Below are positions 53,413 through 64,000 of a stretch of DNA of 64,000 bases, piece by piece. Each line of letters starts with the position of its first letter. Positions within the stretch are counted from its first letter, which is position 1. Source of the stretch: Eledone cirrhosa (taxonomy: Eukaryota); NCBI GenBank assembly GCA_964016885.1, contig OZ024743.1, positions 200,942,001-201,006,000 on the forward strand, given 5' to 3'. Under the pieces are notes generated by a model. It had not been told where the DNA came from and did no database searches. It saw only the letters and a program-made list of their open reading frames with translations. Position numbers and translations under genes: made by a program.

Positions 53413-53444
<32 letters not shown>

Positions 53445-53446
53445 AC

Positions 53447-53527
<81 letters not shown>

Positions 53528-53546
53528 GGGTATGTATGTATGTATG

Positions 53547-53577
<31 letters not shown>

Positions 53578-54144
53578 GTATATAAGTATGTATCAGTGTA
53601 TGTAGTATGTATGTATATATGTATGTATATATGTATGTATATATGTATATACGTATGTATGTATGTAGATATGTATATATGTATGTATATACCTATATAA
53701 GTATATAAGTATGTATGTATATATGTATATATGTATGTATGGAGATATGTATGTAGATGTATATGTATATAAGTATATAAGTATGTATGTATATATGTAT
53801 ATATGTATATAAGTATATAAGTATGTATAAATTAATAAAAACAATGAATAAAAACAAAGAAACAGTTCCTTATATTAAAAAATTCATTATTTTACGATCG
53901 TTTCTAGGATATATATGTGTGTGTGTTGGTATATATGTTATATATGTATGTATAAAGTAAGGAGAAAAGAGAAGCTGGTAAGGAAGAGAGAGATAGAGTG
54001 GTAGTAGAGAGAGAGATAAAACAACTCAGTTTAAGATGTAATTTCACTGTCGTCTGTCATTCCATCCATGTGGCTTTCAAACGAAGAATACTATGACAGG
54101 AAGAATCTTGCTGCACACAGCTTAGCAGACTGATAATGATTGCC

Positions 54145-57100
54145 TTGCTGTTGTTGTAACTGTTGTTGTTACTGGTCTTATTGTTATTGGTACTGGTGGC
54201 ATTGTTGCTGTTGTTGTTACTGTTGTTGGTGTTGTTCTCTTCTGTGGTGGTGGTGGTGGTGGTGGTGGTGGTGGTGGTGGTGGTGGTGGTGGTAGTGGTG
54301 TTGGTGTTGTTACTGTTGTTGTGGTGGTAGTGGTGGTGTTGGTGTTGGTGTTGTTGGTGTTGTTACTGTTGTTGTGGTGGTAGTGGTGGTGTTGGTGTTG
54401 GTGTTGTTGGTGTTGTGGTGGTGGTAGAGGTGGTAGTGGTGTTGTTGTTACTGGTGTTGTCTTCTGTGGTGGTAGTGGTGGTAGTGGTGGTGTTGTTGTT
54501 GTTACTGGTGTTGTCTTCTGTGGTGGTAGTGGTAGTGGTGGTGGTGGTGGTGTTGGTGTTGGTGTTGTTGTTGTTGTTGTTGTTGTTACTGGTGTTGTCT
54601 TCTGTGGTGGTAGTAGTGGTGGTGGTAGTGGTGGTTATTGGTGTTGTTGTTGTTGTTGTTAATGGCGTTGTCTTCTGTGGTGGTAGTGGTGGTGGTGGTG
54701 GTGTTGGTGTTGGTGTTGTTGTTGTTGTTGTTACTGGTGTTGTCTTCTGTGGTGGTAGTAGTGGTGGTGGTAGTGGTGGTTATTGGTGTTGTTGTTATTG
54801 TTGTTAATGGCGTTGTCTTCTGTGGTGGTAGTGGTGGTGGTGGTGGTGTTGGTGTTGGTGTTGTTGTTGTTGTTGTTACTGGTGTTGTCTTCTGTGGTGG
54901 TAGTAGTGGTGGTGGTAGTGGTGGTTATTGGTGTTGTTGTTATTGTTGTTAATGGCGTTGTCTTCTGTGGTGGTAGTGGTGGTGGTGGTGGTGTTGGTGT
55001 TGGTGTTGTTGTTGTTGTTGTTACTGGTGTTGTCTTCTGTGGTGGTAGTAGTGGTGGTGGTAGTGGTGGTTATTGGTGTTGTTGTTATTGTTGTTAATGG
55101 CGTTGTCTTCTGTGGTGGTAGTGGTGGTGGTGGTGGTGTTGGTGTTGTTGTTGTTGTTGTTGTTGTTACTGGTGTTGTCTTCTGTGGTGGTAGTGGTGGG
55201 GGTGGTAGTGGTGGTTATTGGTGTTGTTGTTGTTGTTGTTAATGGTGTTGTCTTCTGTGGTGGTAGTGGTGGTGGTGGTGGTGTTGGTGTTGGTGTTGTT
55301 GGTGTTGTGGTGGTGGTGGTAGAGGTGGTAGTGGTGTTATTGTTACTGGTGTTGTCTTCTGTGGTGGTAGTGGTGGTGGTGGTAGTGGTAGTAGTGGTGG
55401 TATTGGTGTTGGTGTTGTTACTGGTGTTGTCTTCTGTGGTGGTAGTGGTGGTGGTGGTAGTGGTAGTTATTGGTGTTGGTGTTGTTGTTGTTACTGGTGT
55501 TGTCTTCTGTGGAGGTAGTGGTGGTGGTGGTGGTGTTGGTGTTGGTGTTACTGTTGCTGGTGCTGTTGTTGCTACTGTTGTTGGTGTTGTTCTCTTCTGT
55601 GGTGGTGGTGGCTGTGGTGGTGGTGGTAGTGGTGGTAGTGGTGGTGTTGGTGTTGGGGTTGTTACTGTTGTTATCTTCTAAGGTGGTAGTGGTGGTGGTG
55701 GTGGTGTTGATGTTGTTACTGTTGTTACTGTTGTTACTGTTGCTGTTATTATTGTTGTCTTCTGTGGTAGTAGTAGTGGTGGTTGTAGTGGTGGTGGTGG
55801 TGGTGGTATTGGTAGTGATATTGTTGTTACTGTTGTTGTTATTATTGTTACTGTCTGGGATGGTAATGGTGATGTTATTACTGTTGTTACTGTTGTTATT
55901 GTTGTTGTTACTGTTGTTTTATCTGGTGATGGCCATGGTTGTGTTGTTATTGTTGTTGTTACTGTTGTTTTATCTGGTGATGGCCATGGTGGTGTTGTTA
56001 TTGTTGTTGTTACTGTTGTTTTATCTGGTGATGGCCATGGTTGTGTTGTTATTGTTGTTGTTATTGTTGTTTTATCTGGTGATGGCCATGGTTGTGTTGT
56101 TATTGTTGTTGTTACTGTTGTTTTATCTGGTGATGGCCATGGTTGTGTTGTTATTGTTGTTGTTACTGTCGTTTTATCTGGTGATGGCCATGGTGGTGTT
56201 GTTATTGTTGTTGTTACTGTTGTTTTATCTGGTGATGGCCATGGTTGTGTTGTTATTGTTGTTGTTATTGTTGTTTTATCTGGTGATGGCCATGGTTGTG
56301 TTGTTATTGTTGTTGTTACTGTTGTTTTATCTGGTGATGGCCATGGTTGTGTTGTTATTGTTGTTGTTCCTGTTGTTTTATCCAGTGATGACCATGGTGG
56401 TGTTGTTATTGTTGTTGTTACTGTTGTTTTATCTGGTGATGGCCATGGTTGTGTTGTTATTGTTGTTGTTATCATCATCATCATCATCATCGTTTAACGT
56501 CCATATTCCACGCTAGCATGGGTTTGGACGGGAGTTTTCCCACTTGAGGCAAGAGTGGTTGTCTTGCTCGCATAGGACTGTCTGGCGGGTTTTCTACAGC
56601 TGGATGCCCTTCCTAACACCAACCACATTTACAGTGTGGGGCTGGGAGGTTTTTACCGTGTTGCCTACACGGCCACATTACAGCGTGGACTGTGTCTTTT
56701 TGTTGTTGTGACACCTACACGACCTCATTTGTTTCAGGCTGGATGTTGTGACACCAACATAACTTTACGTTGAGAGGGGTGGTGTGGATGGGGTGGGGGT
56801 AGTGAGACGGGGGTGTATTTTGTTAGAGATGCCTACTGTCTGTAGTAGGTTTCACTTTGTACTTAGGTAAAGCGGGTCTTCTCTATTACTTCTCTATAAC
56901 ATGGTTGTGTTGTTATTATTGTTTGTTACTGTTGTTTTATCTGGTGATGGCCATGGTTGTGTTGTTATTGTTATTGTTACTGTTGTTATTGTTGTTGTTA
57001 CTGTTGTTATTGTTGTTGTTACTGTTGTTTTATCTGGTGATGGCCATGGTGGTGTTGTTATTGTTGTTGTTACTGTTGTTTTATCTGGTGATGGCCATGG

Positions 57101-57700
57101 TTGTGTTGTTATTGTTGTTGTTACTGTTGTTTTATCTGGTGATGGCCATGGTTGTGTTGTTATTGTTGTTGTTACTGTCGTTTTATCTGGTGATGGCCAT
57201 GGTGGTGTTGTTATTGTTGTTGTTACTGTTGTTTTATCTGGTGATGGCCATGGTTGTGTTGCTGTTGTTGTTGTTACTGTTGTTAATAGTTGTTATTACT
57301 GTTGTTTTATTTTGTAATGGCCATGGTGGTGTTGGCGGTGTTGCTATTGTTGCTGTTACTGTTGTTGTTGTTAGTGTTGTATCTAGTTGTTGTTGGTAGG
57401 GTCGCTGTTACTGTTGTTGTTGTTAGTGTTGTATCTAGTTGTTGTTGGTAGTGTCGCTGTTATTGTTGTTGTTGTTGTTAGTGTTGTATCTAGTTGTTGT
57501 TGGTAGTGTCGCTGTTATTGTTGTTGTTGTTAGTGTTGTATCTAGTTGTTGTTGGTAGTGTCGCTGTTATTGTTGTTGTTGTTGTTAGTGTTGTATCTAG
57601 TTGTTGTTGGTAGTGTCGCTGTTATTGTTGTTGCAATGTTGTTATTGTTTATTGCTGTTCATGTTGTTGTTATTGTTATTGTTGTTGTTGTTATTGTTGT
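54145..57700. repeat. GTT/GGT-derived satellite array with 145-bp (54600-55240), 51-bp (55900-57300) and ~50-bp (57370-57630) higher-order units
   Basis: ORF starts recur every 145 bp (54638, 54783, 54928, 55073); ttatctggtgatggccatgg recurs every 51 bp. Confidence 0.92.
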
Positions 57701-58114
57701 CATTTCTTTGTCCTCCTCCTTCCTTCTTCTTTTGTTCATTATGTTTTTTATATATTATTTAGGGGCGGTGGATTGGCAGTATCGGTGGAGGGTCAGACGC
57801 CATGCTTTCTAGCATAGAGTTACGGCCCTTGCCATTCTGAGTTCAAATCCCGCCGAGGATAATTTTGCCTTTCATCCTTACGGGGTCGATAAAATGAAGT
57901 ACCAGTAATACACTGGGTATTTGCTGGCCTTGTGTCAAAAGTAGAAACAATTATGTTTTTTTTATATATTATCATTATTCTAATTAGTTATAATCATAGT
58001 TGCTGTTGTTGTTGTTGTTGTTGTTTTTGATAATAATAATTATTATCCTTAATATGATAATAATAATTATTATTAATGTTATTGTTGTTGTTATTCTTCC
58101 TACATTTGCTGTGA

Positions 58115-58950
58115 ATGTGTATATGCATGCACATGTGTTTGTGTATATGTGTGTGTGTGTGTATGCTAGTGTGTATGTATGTGCTAATGTATATGTGGTG
58201 CATGTGTGTGTGTGTGTGTGTGCTAGTGTGTATGCATGTGCTAATGTGTATGTGGTGTATTTGTGAGCTCGTGTGTATATGTATGTGTATGTATATGTAT
58301 GCTAGTGTGTATGTGTGTACTAGTGTGTATATGTATGCTAGTGTGTATGTGTGTACTAATGTGTATGTGTATGTGTGTACTAGTGTGTATGTGTGTGCTA
58401 GTATGTATGTGTGTACTAGTGTGTATGTGTATATGTATGCTAGTGTGTATGTATGTACTAGTGTGTATGTGTATGTGTATGCTAGTGTGTATGTATGCTA
58501 GTGTGTATGTGTGTACTAGTGTGTGCTAGTGTGTATGTGTGTACTTGTGTGTATGTGTGTACTAGTGTGTATGTGTGTACTAGTGTGTGCTAGTGTGTAT
58601 GTGTGTACTAGTGTATATGTGTATGTGTGTACTAGTGTGTATGTATGTACTAGTGTATATGTGTATGTGTGTACTAGTGTGTATGTGTGTACTAGTGTGT
58701 GTATATGTGTATGTGTGTATATGTGTATGTGTGTACTAGTGTGTATGTATGTACTAGTGTATATGTGTATGTGTGTACTAGTGTGTATGTGTGTACTAGT
58801 GTTTACTAGTGTGCATGTGTGTACTAGTGTGTACTAGTGTGTATGTGTGTACTAGTGTGTATGTGTGTACTAGTGTGTATGTGTGTACTAGTGTGTATGT
58901 GTGTACTAGTGTGTGTATATGTGTATGTGTGTACTAGTGTGTATGTATGT
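58115..58950. repeat. (TG)-derived gtgtactagtgtgtat minisatellite
   Basis: Direct reading. Confidence 0.9.
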
Positions 58951-59084
58951 GTGTTACTATTATTATTTCCTTCTTCTCTCCAGTGTCCATCCAGCCCTTT
59001 TCTTTTCTTCCCCCTAATCCTCCTCTTCCACTTTCTACTTCCTTTTACCATTCCTCAACCTTAACCCTTTCTCCATTCTCTCTC

Positions 59085-59410
59085 TCTCTCTGTCTACCAC
59101 TTGCTCTCCTTTCCTGTCTCACCTTCTCTCCCCTCTCTCTCTCTGTCTACCACTTACTCTCCTTTCCTGTCTCACTTTCTCTCCCCCCCTCTCTCTCTCT
59201 CTCTGTCTACCACTTACTCTCCTTTCCTGTCTTACCTTCTCTCCCCTCTCTCTCTGTCTACCACTTGCTCTCCTTTCCTGTCTCACCTTCTCTCCCCTCT
59301 CTCTCTGTCTACCACTTGCTCTTCTTTCCTGTCTCACCTTCTCTCCCCTCTCTCACTGTCTACCACTTGCTCTCCTTTCCTGTCTCACTTTCTCTCCCCT
59401 CTCTCTCTCA
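59085..59410. repeat. ~50-bp pyrimidine-rich minisatellite
   Basis: ctgtctaccactt(g/a)ctctcctttcctgtctcac repeated about 6 times. Confidence 0.88.
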
Positions 59411-59578
59411 ATTCGCTCTCCCTGTTTCTCTCACTTTCACTCCCTCTGTCTCTTTCTCTCTCACAACACCTCTCTATTTATATATCTCTTTCTCACTTAA
59501 CTTTTTTTCTCTCTTACCTCTTTCCTGTTTCACCCCTCTATCTCTCTTTCTCTATCTATCCCTCTATCCCTACATCAA

Positions 59579-59626
<48 letters not shown>

Positions 59627-59730
59627 CTTCTCTCTCTCTCTCATATATATCTATCTCATATATATCTATCTCCCTCTCTCAGTCTGTCTGTTTTTTCCTC
59701 TCCTATCAGTCTGTCTGTCTGTCTCTCTGT

Positions 59731-59824
<94 letters not shown>

Positions 59825-60489
59825 CTCTCTCTCTCTCTCTCTATTTCTCCCTGTCTCTCTCTCTACATCATTAAAGATCACTCTCCACTCCAGCTCCCTC
59901 CACTGAAGAAACAATACCAGCAACAGATGCCGAGGTCAATGCAGGGAACAAAGTGGCAATGGTGTTAGGTAGACATGTGAAGGTGAGTGGCCTAGTGGGT
60001 AGAGCATTGGACTCACAATGATAAAGTCATAGGTTCAATTCTTAGACTTGTCAGCAAGGTGTATTCTTTGGCAGAATACACCATTTCACATAGCTTTTAA
60101 AGATATGACTGGGCCCTTACACTATCACTAAAACACCTGAGCAACATCATTAGATGGAACCTTGTACGAGGCCAGCTAAACCTACATATGTGTGAACAGG
60201 TCAACAATTCAATTCTTCAACCTGTCATCATGGTGTTTTCTTGGTCAAAATATGCCATTTCCCATAATTATTAATGATATGACTGGGCTCCTATCATTAA
60301 AACACCTGAGAAACATCCTAAGGTGTAACCTTATAAGAGGCCAGCTAAACCTGCATAGGTGTGAACTATAGGTATGTAGGGTTCGGTAAAAATATGCTGT
60401 GATTATATCGAAGAATTTACCAAGTCAGCAATAATTTTTCTATCTCTTTACTTTGTGAAAAGTAGATATTAATGGAATTACTGATTTAG

Positions 60490-63400
60490 ATGGTGGTGTT
60501 GGTGGTGGTGTTGTTGGTGTTGGTGGTGTTGGTGGTGGTGTTGGTGGTGTTGGTGGTGTTGATGGTGGTGTTGGTGGTGATGGTGGTGTTGGTGGTGTTG
60601 GTGGTGTTGGTGGTGGTGTTGGTGGTGATGGTCGTGTTGGTGGTGTTGGTGGTGTTGGTGGTGTTGGTGGTGTTGGTGGTGTTCATGGTGGTGATGGTGG
60701 TGTTGGTGGTGTTGGTGGTGTTGGTGGTGTTGGTGGTGGTGTTGGTGGTGATGGTGGTGTTGGTGGTGTTGGTGGTGTTGGTGGTGGTATTGTTGGTGGT
60801 GTTGGTGGTGTTGGTGGTGTTGGTGGTAGGTGTTGTTGGTGTTGGTGGTGTTGGTGGTGTTGGTGGTGGTGTTGTTGTTGTTGGTGGTGTTGGTGGTGTT
60901 GGTGGTGTTGGTGGTAGGTGTTGTTGGTGTTGGTGGTGTTGGTGGTGTTGGTGATGTTGGTGGTGGTGTTGTTGGTGGTGTTGGTGGTGTTGGTGGTGTT
61001 GGTGGTAGGTGTTGTTGGTGTTGGTGGTGTTGGTGGTGTTGGTGGTGGTGTTGTTGTTGTTGGTGGTGTTGGTGGTGTTGGTGGTGTTGGTGGTGTTGGT
61101 GGTGGTGTTGTTGGTGTTGGTGGTGTTGGTGGTGTTGGTGGTGTTGGTGGTGGTGTTGGTGGTGTTGGTGGTGTTGGTGGTGTTGGTGGTGTTGGTGGTG
61201 GTGTTGTTGGTGTTGGTGGTGTTGGTGGTGGTGTTGTTGGTGTTAGTGGTGTTGGTGGTGGTGTTGGTGGTGTTGGTGGTGTTGGTGGTGTTGGTGGTGT
61301 TGGTGGTGTTGGTGGTGGTGTTGTTGGTGTTGGTGGTGTTGGTGGTGGTGTTGTTGGTGTTGGTGGTGTTGGTGGTGGTGTTGTTGGTGTTGGTGGTGTT
61401 GGTGGTGTTGGTGGTGGTGTTGTTGGTGTTGGTGGTGTTGGTGGTGGTGTTGGTGGTGTTGGTGGTGTTGGTGGTGTTGGTGGTGTTGGTGGTGGTGTTG
61501 GTGGTGTTGGTGGTGTTGGTGGTGTTAGTGGTGGTGTTGTTGGTGTTGGTGGTGTTGGTGGTGGTGTTGGTGGTGTTGGTGGTGTTGGTGGTGTTGGTGG
61601 TGTTGGTGGTGGTGTTGTTGGTGTTGGTGGTGTTGGCGGTGGTGTTGGTGGTGTTGGTGGTGTTGATGGTGGTGTTGGTGGTGATGGTGGTGTTGGTGGT
61701 GTTGGTGGTGGTGTTGGTGGTGTTGGTGGTGATGGTGGTGGTGGTGGTGGTGGTGTTGGTGGTGTTGGTGGTGTTGGTGGTGTTGGTGGTGTTGGTGGTG
61801 GTGTTGTTGGTGGTGTTGGTGGTGGTGTTGTTGGTGTTGGTGGTGTTGGTGGTGGTGTTGGTGGTGTTGGTGGTGTTGGTGGTGTTGGTGGTGGTGTTGG
61901 TGGTGTTGGTGGTGTTGGTGGTGTTGGTGGTGTTGGTGGTGTTGGTGGTGGTGTTGGTGGTGTTGGTGGTGTTGGTGGTGGTGTTGGTGGTGATGGTCGT
62001 GTTGGTGGTGTTGGTGGTGTTGGTGGTGTTGGTGGTGTTGGTGGTGTTCATGGTGGTGATGGTGGTGTTGGTGGTGTTGGTGGTGTTGGTGGTGTTGGTG
62101 GTGGTGTTGGTGGTGATGGTGGTGTTGGTGGTGTTGGTGGTGTTGGTGGTGGTATTGTTGGTGGTGTTGGTGGTGTTGGTGGTGTTGGTGGTAGGTGTTG
62201 TTGGTGTTGGTGGTGTTGGTGGTGTTGGTGGTGGTGTTGTTGTTGTTGGTGGTGTTGGTGGTGTTGGTGGTGTTGGTGGTAGGTGTTGTTGGTGTTGGTG
62301 GTGTTGGTGGTGTTGGTGATGTTGGTGGTGGTGTTGTTGGTGGTGTTGGTGGTGTTGGTGGTGTTGGTGGTAGGTGTTGTTGGTGTTGGTGGTGTTGGTG
62401 GTGTTGGTGGTGGTGTTGTTGTTGTTGGTGGTGTTGGTGGTGTTGGTGGTGTTGGTGGTGTTGGTGGTGGTGTTGTTGGTGTTGGTGGTGTTGGTGGTGT
62501 TGGTGGTGTTGGTGGTGGTGTTGGTGGTGTTGGTGGTGTTGGTGGTGTTGGTGGTGTTGGTGGTGGTGTTGTTGGTGTTGGTGGTGTTGGTGGTGGTGTT
62601 GTTGGTGTTAGTGGTGTTGGTGGTGGTGTTGGTGGTGTTGGTGGTGTTGGTGGTGTTGGTGGTGTTGGTGGTGTTGGTGGTGGTGTTGTTGGTGTTGGTG
62701 GTGTTGGTGGTGGTGTTGTTGGTGTTGGTGGTGTTGGTGGTGGTGTTGTTGGTGTTGGTGGTGTTGGTGGTGTTGGTGGTGGTGTTGTTGGTGTTGGTGG
62801 TGTTGGTGGTGGTGTTGGTGGTGTTGGTGGTGTTGGTGGTGTTGGTGGTGTTGGTGGTGGTGTTGGTGGTGTTGGTGGTGTTGGTGGTGTTAGTGGTGGT
62901 GTTGTTGGTGTTGGTGGTGTTGGTGGTGGTGTTGGTGGTGTTGGTGGTGTTGGTGGTGTTGGTGGTGTTGGTGGTGGTGTTGTTGGTGTTGGTGGTGTTG
63001 GCGGTGGTGTTGGTGGTGTTGGTGGTGTTGATGGTGGTGTTGGTGGTGATGGTGGTGTTGGTGGTGTTGGTGGTGGTGTTGGTGGTGTTGGTGGTGATGG
63101 TGGTGGTGGTGGTGGTGGTGTTGGTGGTGTTGGTGGTGTTGGTGGTGTTGGTGGTGTTGGTGGTGGTGTTGTTGGTGGTGTTGGTGGTGGTGTTGTTGGT
63201 GTTGGTGGTGTTGGTGGTGGTGTTGGTGGTGTTGGTGGTGTTGGTGGTGTTGGTGGTGGTGTTGGTGGTGTTGGTGGTGTTGGTGGTGTTGGTGGTGTTG
63301 GTGGTGTTGGTGGTGGTGTTGGTGGTGTTGGTGGTGTTGGTGGTGGTGTTGGTGGTGTTGGTGGTGTTGGTGTTGGTGTTGTTGGTGTTGGTGGTGTTGG

Positions 63401-63687
63401 TGGTGTTGGTGGTGGTGTTGTTGGTGTTGGTGGTGTTGGTGGTGGTGTTGTTGGTGTTGGTGGTGTTGGTGGTGTTGGTGGTGTTGGTGGTGGTGTTGGT
63501 GGTGTTGGTGGTGGTGTTGTTGGTGTTGGTGGTGTTGGTGGTGGTGTTGGTGGTGTTGGTGGTGTTGGTGGTGTTGGTGGTGTTGGTGGTGTTGGTGGTG
63601 TTGGTGGTGATGTTGGTGGTGTTTGAGGTGTTGGTGGTGGTGTTGGTGGTGTTGGTGGTGTTGGTGGTGATGGTGTTGGTGTTGGTG
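60490..63687. repeat. (GGTGGTGTT)n satellite containing a 1365-bp higher-order duplication
   Basis: Identical ORF starts are offset by 1365 bp (60830/62195, 60918/62283, 61009/62374). Confidence 0.92.
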
Positions 63688-64000
63688 AAGGCAAGTAGAA
63701 TATGGTGAGGAAACAACAGACACAGGAAACACACACACCCACATAATGACACAATAATACAATGGCTTGCACACATTCACATTCCCACACACACACACAC
63801 ACCAATATAAACATATGGTGATGATGCTTATATATGTATGATTGAACATATGTATACATATATATATATACACACAGACATATACATGCTTATATATATA
63901 TACATATATATATGTGCATATATACATATATATATATATTTAAATATACATAAATATATATGTATATATACACATACATACATATATATATGCACATATG

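Noticed and set aside
55678-56490. Repetitive protein (TTQPWPSPDK)n
   Set aside because: 51-bp minisatellite interrupted by a retroelement tail and continuing beyond it.
60486-63927. 1096-aa and other long ORFs
   Set aside because: Pure (GGTGGTGTT)n satellite with no coding complexity.

Overview
Repeat-saturated, AT-rich eukaryotic (metazoan) DNA with no confidently identifiable host gene. The repeat repertoire (RTE LINEs with (GAT)n tails, tRNA-derived SINEs, Penelope remnants, dense microsatellites) resembles a cephalopod/Octopus genome; this is an inference. Most ORFs in the track are translations of microsatellites. The real coding segments are all retroelement-derived: (i) five same-orientation copies of a Tx1-like non-LTR retrotransposon (1-7175 and 30161-31112), every visible end lying in a (GATA)n/(TATC)n tract, one apparently 5'-complete with a CCHC ORF1 and an open APE-RT ORF2; (ii) a 5'-truncated Penelope-like element with a GIY-YIG endonuclease; (iii) RTE LINE fragments, one with a PHD-like Cys/His insert. 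The main non-coding signal is a dispersed set of at least 12 short elements in (TA)n tracts. They form long fold-back inverted repeats, carry type I hammerhead ribozyme cores (some with very large branched stem II) and often share a GTATTGAGTACT/GAGTRCT motif near the 3' end. Also present: modular SINEs, hAT, piggyBac and Tc1-like MITEs (one three-level nest), and many minisatellites. All coordinates and pairings were read by eye; novelty could not be checked against databases.
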